Shown piece after piece: positions 53,605 through 64,000 of a DNA stretch of 64,000 nt. The notes beneath the pieces are model-generated. The model saw nothing but the letters and a program-made list of their open reading frames with translations, made no database searches and had not been told where the DNA came from. Each line of letters opens with the position of its first letter. Within the stretch, counting starts at the first letter, position 1. The stretch lies in NCBI RefSeq assembly GCF_964204645.1, contig NC_134026.1, positions 13,824,050-13,888,049 of the forward strand. The letters run 5' to 3'. Both the position numbers and the translations under genes were made by a program. This DNA comes from Tubulanus polymorphus (lineage: Eukaryota; Animalia; Nemertea).

Positions 53605-53964
53605 GAAGTGTGTTTTCAAACTAATTATTGACAGGGACACGGAGAAAAAATGTGTAATTATTAACTCATCATACAAAGAATTACTACAGAAAGGTAAATA
53701 CATAATATCGTGAATATGTGATGTATTAAATTCACCTGTGTCTAATAAGTACGAAAAATGTTAAATTTTTACTTTTTGGTGCAGCATGTGAAGTGAAATT
53801 AGTTTGCAGTGGACAGTTGTTAACCAAAGATAACACAATGGTTGACAGTGACTTTTATCATATTTTGGAAGATTTTTCTATTATCAATTTAGTCCCGGAC
53901 GAGAATAATAATGACAAAAATGAATTCATTCAACTTGAAGCAACAAATTCAACAATTTCTCAAG
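53605..53964 (+). CDS. Two open exons (53605-53693, 53785-53964) encoding a CIDE-N-like domain
   Basis: Canonical AG/GT sites and a phase-compatible join giving KCVFKLIIDRDTEKKCVIINSSYKELLQK-A-CEVKLVCSGQLLTKDNTMVDSDFYHILEDFSIINLVP. Confidence 0.55.
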
Positions 53965-54059
53965 GTAGGCAAGCTCATTGATTTGATAAAAATGCAAATT
54001 GAGATCATGTCAGAATAATTGATTATTAGTTGGGACACCTCAGAATCAAGATACCAATT

Positions 54060-54206
54060 TGTAACCCAAATATCAAGACATTAAATTGAAGCGTCTTCAA
54101 AACTTCCCAAAATAACTGGATTCTGTCTACGGACGGACGGACGCACACACGGACGAAAAGTGAACGCAATAGCCCGCTGGGACTAAAGTCCCAAGTGGGC
54201 TAAAAA
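54060..54206 (-). mobile_element. HINE family A 5' fragment
   Basis: (GGAC)n and GTCCCAAGTGGGCTAAAAA. Confidence 0.85.
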
Positions 54207-54559
54207 CGGAGCTGATTTCACTTTCCCTGATTGATATTCTCGGAGCAATCCGTTTTTTGACTGACGCAGAGACCAATCTCAAAGTCGTTTGGTAAAATTA
54301 TGAATTAATTGATTATAATTTGGGACACTTCAGAATCAAGATGGTGGTCATTTTTGTACGCCAGGGGACTTGAATATTGAACAAGAGGCCCACGGGCCTT
54401 ATACCTTCATGATGTAGTAGAAGAAGAAGATTCAGTATTCAAAGTTTTACAGAAAGTGACATTGTAACGATGTAACAAGTTTTAAAATAGTTAAGATAGT
54501 ATAGACTATGTGGCGATAATGTTCATTTTCTGTTAATATATCCTTACATGAGAAGACAA

Positions 54560-55060
54560 GCCCATTTTGGCTGCCCAAAAGATCACACTACATGAAAAAA
54601 TGCATCAAGAATTGGTGTAGGCATCGTGCTGAAATGAAATCCAAGATGGATGGCAATCCTGGTGGCCATACTTGAACTCAATTTTCAATAAGGGGTAGAC
54701 ATTTCACCTACCAAAATTCTTACACCTAGTATCATGAAAATGCATCAAGAATTGCAGGCCGTTTCATGCTAGAAATTCAAGATGGCTGACCTGGCGGCCA
54801 TATTTGAAAGCCGATGACCTCCAAATACTAATGGCATGGACAGCTTACCTACCCTGATCCTCACACCAAATTTTGTGATAAGCCATCAAGAATTGCAGGC
54901 TGCATCGTGGAAACAAGAAATTCAAGATGGCCACCCGAATGGCAGCCATATTTGATCACCAATGACATTTTTTACAATAGGGTAGGATCTCGCCAGACCC
55001 AATCTTCAAGCTTATTTTCAAGAAGATTCATCGCTAATTACAGGCGAATTACTGTGTCGA
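54560..55060. repeat. Degenerate ~140-bp tandem repeat (CAAGATGG...GGCCATA), about 3 units
   Basis: Recurring CATCAAGAATTG and CAAGATGG motifs. Confidence 0.7.
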
Positions 55061-55379
55061 ATTCAATTCAATTCAATTCCGGAGGGCCTGGCTTAGGCCT
55101 ATACAATAGGAGTCAATTAAGATTCGACTTTTGAAAAACCAGCACAGATGCCTATTCAAATCACATGTTATTAAAAAATTTGGTGCTTCTTAGTTTGATG
55201 TCCCTATTTTCATCGTGCACGTGGTTAAAATTATTGTTTATATCGAACGTCTTCAACCGCACCCGCGTCTGTCAATCATCTTAATTGATTCATATACTAA
55301 AATGCCCGCTATGAATAAACTATGCCGTGAATCAATCCGGAATTTTCAGTAGAATGTCCGACACTAGGTACCTTTCTTT

Positions 55380-56010
55380 AAAGAGCATATGCCATCAAAA
55401 TAGAATATTGTGTAAAATTCATTTTCAAATGTGATGTATTCACAAATATCAAATATGGAATTGATTTGAATTTTAGTTCACCCATTACTGAGAAATATGA
55501 CTTTTAAATCGGAAATTTCAGCATGTGCTCACTGTTATTGTTTATCTTAGCAGGTGCGTGTTACTGACGTCATCTCTGACAAACCCTCAAGGCTTCCAAT
55601 CATTTCGCTAGACATTTCATGCGATATTTTATCGTTTTGGAGTGATTTGAATTAATAAACTCTTACCATAGTATAGTGTTGCTACCGTATATAACATGAT
55701 AATCGTATAAAAGTGAGTAGCGCTGTAGGTCAGTGAATACAGTGAACAAATGGTGTTTGTTTTATCGATTATACATAGGCTACGCATACAAGCGCGCACA
55801 CGTGCTTGTGTTGATTGTCATAGTTAACATCATAAATAGCGCCACCCGCGGGTTGAATATTAACTATACGCACGGAGTGAAGGATAAATAGATGACTATT
55901 CCGCTAACTATTACAGCTAATTTGTGCTCCTTTTTTCAATAAGTCACATCTCAGGTCGTTTTATGTATACTAAAGTTTCTTCAATTTTGATGGCATTTGC
56001 CCTTTCTTTA
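55380..56010. mobile_element. MITE with ~22-bp TIRs in a TTAA context (Kolobok-like)
   Basis: AAAGAGCATATGCCATCAAAAT / ATTTTGATGGCATTTGCCCTTT. Confidence 0.65.
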
Positions 56011-57699
56011 AAGGTTAATTTGTTGTATGTCATTAACAATCAGTTATATAATACTTTATTCATAACTTTGAAGCGGCATATCGGCAGCGAACGCTCAAGC
56101 AAGGTCAGTCACGTAGGCCAACAATACGAAACAGACCACAGTTTTGCCGGTTAAGAGCGTCTCTCCACATAAATTAGGGGACTGAAATCGACCATTTGTT
56201 GACACTAACCTTTAATTATCAAGATAACTCAACCCTATAATTCCACTATTCAACGATCGACGCGCAGCTTAAACATGGCTCAGCCATTCAATATGCTAGC
56301 CAAGATGTATCTCTACACACATCAAAATCACACTTGAATTACAAGTGTTGACTTATGAGAAATGATTGAAATCTAGCAATTTGATATGGAAAATAGCATC
56401 ACTATAATTGAAAAAAGTTAATAAACCACCTCCGATTGTCTAATCATTTAAAAGCTTTGCCTTCACATGGAACTATTTCCGCCTTATCACAGGTGCACTT
56501 TGCCACCATGATTTGCCTACTCAAGGATAAAAACTTTCCCACGGTCTTACTATCAGCATTTTCTAATAATTTAGGGAAATATTTTTTAAAAGTGAAATTT
56601 CACAGCTTATTATATACAATGGGGAACCAGCATACCAGCTATGCATTCCTGTCAGATGGCGCCACTAAGATATCAGAGGACCTCGATCAAAATTAGTTCA
56701 TTTTCAAGTAAATTTGATCTCAATTTTCGGTCTTCAAATCCAAAAATTAGGCAAATCACTCATCTAAATAAACTCGGATTAGGTTTAAGAATTCATGTGG
56801 CACGTTTTTCATTCTTCATGCATAGAATTTGAGACATAATTGTTAGATTTTAATTTGAGTTTGAGACGAAATCCAGCGTCGACGTCGTACTGTACACTAC
56901 CGAACCTGGCGCATTATGGTGGGATTCCGCTTGCCACAGTAGGATTGCCGGTACCCCATTTGCCTGTACCTGGGATTTTCGTTGAATTTCGACCTGACAT
57001 TGGATGAATATATCATGAAATAATTTCCCTGTATTTCCAGGTGAATGAAACATATCAATTTAAACGGAAGAAAAATGTTGTACAGAAAATAACAACCAGC
57101 GCAAGTCTTGTCAGTGAATTAAGATGTGCCCAACTAGGAGTGATTCCCGAGGAGAAATGAAACTTTTAAATAAAAAATTGAAAACAAAAATTGAGTTGAA
57201 TTTAACTGAAGAAGCTGAAGCGGTACAAAAACTCTTATAGAAATGTTGCGATAGGAGGTTTGAATTGCGACTTGAAGAGAAAGATCTCCTAAAAAAACCA
57301 AGCAAAGCAAATCGTGATGCACGGCATAAGGCAAAGAAAGCCTCTTAAGCAACACGATTGTCAGCTACTCCTTCATTGCTTGAGCCGTTATCTAGTAATG
57401 CTGATGATAGTGATAACAACTGCAGATGATACTTCCATTGTAACCGATGAATCTACTGATGATCATGCTGTTGAGATGACTTATCAAAGGGATGAAGAAC
57501 AAGCAATGCCAGATATTCCAGTTGGGGGAGATCAGCTTATTGAAAGTGAAGTGGAGCCATTATTTGTGGACTCGGATAGTGAAGATGACAACAGTGACGA
57601 TGATGATGACAATGATGATGATCGTCGAATTTAAACAAAGTTGACCATGTCATCGACGGAGGTTTGTCATGTCTTCAATCGCATCGATCATGCATCGTT

Positions 57700-58870
57700 T
57701 AACCAGAGGACCAACGAAAAAATGCTCACATAAAAAAACGTACCACGACATTACATGAATTGGCTCAATGCCAACCTCATACTGCTGACAAAGGAAACCA
57801 AAAATGCTTAGACGGACAATATCGAAAGCGATAGGGGAGAGTGTTAGTCATGGTACTGTAGTCGAGCTATGCATACCACAAAATCGTTGTACTCGTTCCA
57901 GTGTTCGGTATCATGGAGCAACTAATATCCTTTCAAAAAGAGCGTGTAAAGGCTTCGACGTAAAAATTAATATTGATGACCACTGGTCTAATGCTATGTA
58001 TAGATCTTTGGATGCTCTTATGGAGAATGACAACACAAATATCTTCTACTTGAATCAGGATGATGCAGCTGAATTCCGCCTAAATACTCTCGCTACTTCA
58101 AGCCAGTTCAAAACACTGATGGTATCTGGCTCCGAAGAAAAGGGAATCCGCACAGATTTTATGAATCAGGAGCAATCTGTCTTACAAGTGACTTGTTACC
58201 ATTTAACTAGATCTAGCTCGACGATGGATGATTATGCTGGCATTGTAAAATCACTAAAATTATTGGATAAGTCGCTGTCTCTGCATGCCAACGATATCCG
58301 AATGCTAATGGAAATGCCTATTTCAGGCACGTCTTTTTTCGGTCCAATGATCAACAAAAAGAAATTGATTGCATCAGAGTTGATGGTGGGGGATGAGAAT
58401 CCAGCCCATAAAGAGCAGCAGTTCAATTGCGGTGAATTGCATCTGCTACAGAATATACTTGCAACATTTGTGACCACTAGATATAGTGGCGGATCTTACC
58501 TTAATCAGGTAGAACACATGAACGGCAATTAACTCGCGCCCACCCAAATTTGTTTATTCCGTCCACGATATTGGGTCCAAATAAAGACCCAGCAACTGGT
58601 GAAATAGATCTGGAACATGTTCATGCAAACAAGAAGACAGCTATTGATGTCTACATCGAAAGAGTTGGCAATGTGAATTGCAAGAATAATACAATAAAGC
58701 TTTTCAAAGCGGTCGGAAGTAGCGAAAATGTGGAACGTCGACCGTTTCTTTTAGAGTACCTAAAAGCTTCTGAGAAAAACAAAGAGTTATTGGAAGAAAA
58801 ATATGCCAATGGTGGGGTGAATAGCCAAAGATTGGTCCATTTTGATAATGTTTTGAATGCCCACAAAGTG
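57700..58870 (+). pseudogene. Degenerate Zator-related DDE transposase
   Basis: NQDDAAEFRL, (frameshift) DCIRVDG-GDENPAH and TTRYSGGSYLNQVEHMNG parallel the Zator motifs DDKA, VDGGPDENP and PG.S.YN.VE. Confidence 0.65.
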
Positions 58871-59844
58871 CCTAACAAAGTGACTAATACAGGTTTACTT
58901 CTAGACAGGGGTGGCGCTACTTTAGAGTTTCAATTTTTTTATTTCGGCAATATTTGATTAACCAAGTAACAAAAATTCACCACATACGAACTCAACCTAC
59001 TGTGTTTCATATTTAAGCGACTGTGAAAGTTTCAGACGCATACGTGGCCTTAAACGGACGTAATCGTTTGACGTGACGGATTTCACGATAACAATAGGAC
59101 GACGTGTACTACGTACCGTCGTCCTAAAAACAATAGATTTTTTGGCCTTTTTATTAACATTATATGAACATTTGACAATCAGTGACTTTTATCTATTCTT
59201 TCTTATTTCAGGGTCATGCATGATGAACTTCAAGGGGGTTAAGTCTAAGGAAGTTGAAGACTTAATTGGCGACTTCTGAAACATGCCCCTCATAGACCAT
59301 GAAGGTCCAATTACGTTGCTAAAGTTAGTAAAAATTTCTTTTAAGTCCCTCAAAAAAGGCTATAACTTGTTTTTATGAACCAGTTTTCCTGGAATATGCT
59401 ACAGTAACTCTGCCCAAGTCAGATCCGAACAACACAGAAAACCATTAACCTTCGATGTTTTTTGAAATATTTTTTGTTACAATAAATATAAAATATGTAA
59501 CATCCAACTCGGATATCAGTTAAGTCGGAAACATTTTTACAATCCCAAAAGATCAGACTTGAGCAAAGTCTACTGTATGGACTTCTGAACAAAGTGAATT
59601 ACAATTATGAAAAGATGAGGTTATGATATTTAGTTTGTATTTTAGGAATCGAGAAAGCTGCCACCAGCTACTGGTATTGACGACGATAACGCACTGGAGG
59701 ATTAAGGGAAAATTATTTCAATTTTATATATGTTTATATACATAGTTATTTAACAAAAGTAATGTATAATTATTCAAATATTAACATTAGTTGTGGAAGG
59801 ATTTTTTGGAGCTGGTGAAAGTGGACAGATATCGTTATAATGTG

Positions 59845-60065
59845 ATGTCATACAAACGTTAAAGGAACGTTTTTATCAAACTTAATGGTTGCAGAAAGGT
59901 TATGAAGTAACGTTCAGTGAATGTTATCAAAAGCATTCTGTGAACCTTAAAAAACATTTACAAGAAAACATCATACAAACATTGTATGAACGTTAAACTC
60001 TAATGTTTAAACATGAGTGAAAAACTTCCAGAAAATGTTCTTTGAACGTTTTTTTGTTAGCTGGG
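59845..60065. mobile_element. One end of a CMC/EnSpm-like non-autonomous element
   Basis: AACGTT/AACATT subterminal repeats ending TTTTTTGTTAGCTGGG. Confidence 0.6.
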
Positions 60066-60809
60066 AGTACTCTTTGTACCAAGTTTAGCCAAAATAGGAT
60101 AACAAAGATGTAGTGCTAGATATTATGAGCTACAATTTAACAATTTTCGGATTAATTGGTGGTAACAATCTAAGTCGTTTCTGTCAAGCAAGTGAGTAAT
60201 GATGCAAACGTGGCCTGAATCCGAGGGCCTGTGGCCGCCAATGTTCTGTATGCATCATATGCAAAGGTTGGTTTATGCAGATGATTTATAGTAGCCTCCT
60301 CTGATCCACCACTCCACTCCAGTCGGTATTGGCATTTTCTTCGAAACATAGTCTACATTAAACTAGCAATCCAAACCACAGTTGTCACTGTGTTACTCTG
60401 TACTTGGCAACTGATTATATCTTTGTTGTCGGTTAGCCTTCAAATGATTTTGTTTAAGTAATTAAAGGTAATAAATTACCCTTCCACTGGCATTTTACTA
60501 CATAGATTTAATTGTTGGATAGGCAAAACTGGGGCCACTTGGATTTTGTGAACTTAGGTTGGCAGTGCAGTTTATTTACTGTATAAACAAGCATCGGCAG
60601 GATGGAGGTATTAATGTCGGGATTTATTGATTTTTGCGTACACAAGGTAGGACTACCAATATAAATGCGTACGTCATGCATACGAAAGGTAGGACCTCAT
60701 AATTTTGGTCATTTTCATGCGTACGTACTTTATGGATGCTCCCTAATCATAATCATTGTTTTCAGATTGCAATCACTTAACATCGTTCAACGCGTTTTAG
60801 CCGTTAAAT

Positions 60810-62570
60810 TAGGGGTCCAGGGACACCATGCCCACTTGGGAAGTTCAACGCTCCCTCGTGACCATGCACAAAAACCAAATGACTTTGAAACTCACCACAA
60901 TCATAGCACATGTCAGCAACTACAATTTTGTAATTGATTATGATAACAAAATAGGGCATATGGAAATATTAAGTTATTCTACTATTCAACCCCCCTGGTG
61001 ACCATATTCAAAACCCAATGAACTTGAAACTCATCGCAATCATAGAACATGTCATGAACTAAACATTTCAATTGATCATGGTAACAAAATTAGCCTAGGT
61101 ACCAATATAAGGAAATATATATGAGGAAATACTAAGTTATTATACTATTCAACCCCCCTGGTGGCCATATAGAATAACTAATGTCCTTAAAACTCACCAC
61201 AATCATAAACGATGTCATGAGCTACAACTTTGCAATTGATTGTGATAACAAAATATGCATTGGTACTGTAACCGTCGATCTGTGAAGGTAAACCCGGTTC
61301 TCCGCCATCTGTAACCGCCTGGTTGTTGTATCAGCAGGCTGGCTGGGGAACTAGCATTTACACCAGCGGTACAGGATTCCATCCATCAGGAACAACAAGG
61401 CAGTTAAACCTTATATGTACAATCTTTATTGCATCGCGGAATGAGAATAATTATGATTACTTTACATAGTCTTTATATACAGAATCATGAGTATAATGTG
61501 AGAACTAGGTGTCAGACAAGTTGCAGACATCAGGACTCAAAAACTAACACCTAGTGACATGTTTGAGAGACACAAATTAATTAATGATGAGCCCCGACTA
61601 AAGCTAATTACTTTGAATACATATTGAGTAGTCTGACATGTTTATTACGATAAAGCACATATTGATACAATATTCATAAGTTATATTACATTATTAATAC
61701 TAAAATTATTATTATTAAGCATTTCATGTAGTTAAAGATATGAAATATTATGAACCATTCGATATGACATTGTGGATATAGATGATTACGAAATATGCAA
61801 CTTATATCAGGGTGATAGTACAAATATCATATAGAAATACTAAGATATTGTGTTATTCAACGCCCCCTAGTGGCCATACAAAAACCAATGACCTGGAAAC
61901 TCATGACAATCATGAAACACGTTATAAGCTGCAACTTTCTAAATCATTGTGGTAACAAAATAAGCTTAGGCATCAATATAATGTCAAAAACCTTTTCCCA
62001 ACTAGGAATGAGTACTGATGACACAAAGATGGCCGCCAATTGCGTCATAATTGGCTGATCAAAAATACCTCAGGTATAAAACATCCCTTTCCAAAGAATA
62101 CCCATCAGCAATTGCAATGACAAATGGCAAACCAGTAGGAAGCTACAGGACTAAGAATTCTGGCCAAAATTGACATTTTTGGGCACAAAAAGGTCATAGG
62201 ACGGCCATCTTGAGTCCGATTGACCAAATTTATGCTGATGGGCCCTGGGGGGATTCAATTATATAAGAAAGATCAAGGTAATTGATCAAATCGTCTTCAA
62301 AATTTCACTCAAAAAGGTCAAAAACTTGTAACAGGTGCTGATTTTGGCGAACAACAATGGCTGCCAGTCGGCCATCTTGATTCAGACAGGGCCAGTTTTT
62401 GGGCTGAAGTGCCTAGGGTAGATACACGTGTAACCCAAATATCAAGATATTAAATTGAAGCGTCTTCAAAACTTCCCAAAATAACTGGATTCTGTCTACG
62501 GACGGACGGATGAACGGACGAAAAGTGAACGCAATAGCCCGCTGGGACTGAAGTCCCAAGTGGGCTAAAA
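60810..62570 (-). mobile_element. Full-length HINE family A copy containing a solo LTR
   Basis: 3' end TAGGGGTCCAGGGACACCATGCCCACTTGGGA, ~158-bp units, 5' end TCCCAAGTGGGCTAAAA. Confidence 0.9.
61267..61817 (-). mobile_element. Solo LTR (same family as 41172-41740), 4-bp TSD GTAC
   Basis: TGTAACCGTCGATCTGTGAAGG...CAGGGTGATA, with GTAC on both sides. Confidence 0.92.
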
Positions 62571-63539
62571 CAGAGCTGATTTCACTTTCCCTGATTGATA
62601 TTCTCAGAGCAATCCATTTCTTGACTGACGCAGACACCAAACTCAAGGTCATTGGGTAAAATTATGAATTTAGGAATTATTAATAAACAAATGGCGAACC
62701 CTTTATCTAGTTCGGTGTCTGTATTTTCAGTTCGGTGTCTGTATTTTCATCGCAAGATTAATTCGACGAATACATCTAAAAAAATTCTAGCAAACGTTGT
62801 CAGAGCGCAATAATGATAATACATTTTTTGTAAAAAATTAAGTGGATAAATAATAATCGACGATTGCAAGAGAGTTTTCTGTGAAACAACGGAAAACCCT
62901 AATGATTACTTTAATCTCAGCAAGCAATGATATAACAACGTAGTACATACCTTCAAAAATGCTGCAGCATTACAACAGTCACCCCCTACATTTGTCATAG
63001 CTATATTAGTTAGATCGGCTAATTCTGACTTCTTCACTTGTTGGGTATAGAATTCCCACAATGGCATTCGCCAAACACGATCACCAGACTTAATTCCAGC
63101 CTAAAAAAGTTTTGCCAAAACATAACATGGATAATTTGTGTTTTGAAATGTACCATTTTCTACAGGATTAGATCTAGACAACTGGAGAACATTAACATCA
63201 ATATCTACAAAGAGAAAGCTAATAAAAACTTCTGGACTATTTAAAGGTGAAAATAAATTGCCCATGGGCAAAGTGTGGTTTACTTTGAAAGCTAGAGGTT
63301 GTTTGGAATAAGGGCATTGCTTGAAAAATCTTTTCAATTCGTGACTTCAAAGTTCCACAAGTTTATATTGTATTTTATCTTTCTTAAAGAATTATTTTGT
63401 AGTCAAATAAGACCAAAGATATAGATTTGGTTACGGTCCACGTCCAAAAGTTTGTAGGGTACAGGTAGGCGCGGCAGGGAAACTATTCTATATTTTCAAA
63501 AAAAATATGTTTCACAATATGAAAAAAATATTCAAATAA

Positions 63540-63829
63540 GGCCATCCCAAAATAATTGTCTGTTTGCCGTAACACCGGCTCAACTTTTCATGATGAGTCC
63601 GTAGGTAGGAAAACTTCAATTAGGCCACATTGACAAGGCATGTTTTCAGACGACGCAAACTTGAATTCAAACATATGTAGCTCATACATCGGCAGTGGGT
63701 CGGTCGGTCGGCCATTTTTATCAAAAATAAAATTTATTTCAATGAATCCCAGGAAAAAAGTTTTCACTCGGTACCTTTGAAGTCGGGTCAGTCGGGTTAC
63801 GGCAAACAGACCATTAATATGGGATGGCC
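63540..63829. mobile_element. PIF/Harbinger MITE with TAA TSD
   Basis: TAA|GGCCATCCCA...TCTGTTTGCCGTAAC and GTTACGGCAAACAGA...TGGGATGGCC|TAA. Confidence 0.88.
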
Positions 63830-64000
63830 TAAAATTCATATGATGTCACATATCAGAGGGTGGCTGAATATTGGGTCTTGGAAACCTCTTCCAATGTTGG
63901 TCGCGGAAGTTAAAATACCGGTATAGAAGAAATTGGCTATTAGATCGTTTTAAATCCTGGAATTTACGACTACAATATTCAGACCTCGACCTATACTTGT

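Overview
This is AT-rich eukaryotic DNA, probably from a non-vertebrate animal (inferred from spliceosomal GT-AG exons and the TE spectrum). It consists almost entirely of nested, mostly decayed transposable elements. I can support no intact host gene, rRNA, tRNA or CRISPR array. Layout: (1) 1-13.8 kb is a nested stack on the minus strand. A Gypsy element (pol at 11.9-13.8 kb, probable pol tail at 4.1-4.7 kb) is followed by an extra SGNH-hydrolase-like ORF bracketed by a 41-bp direct repeat. It is split by a multi-exon Mutator-like gene that appears to fuse a PHD finger, an OTU/vertnin-like protease and a MULE transposase, and by a Harbinger element that itself holds another Gypsy. (2) 17.6-24 kb is a second Gypsy with a zinc-finger extra ORF, a (TA)n-centred palindrome and a 5'-truncated RTE-X-like LINE. 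(3) 24-52 kb and 54-63 kb hold several families of Helentron-associated non-autonomous elements (HINE/DINE-1-like). These carry internal satellites (31 bp, ~130 bp, ~158 bp), solo LTRs and a ~2.95-kb tandem duplication. (4) 53.6-54 kb has two open CIDE-N-like exons and 57.7-58.9 kb a degenerate Zator-like transposase. All family calls come from motif recognition by eye, with no database searches.
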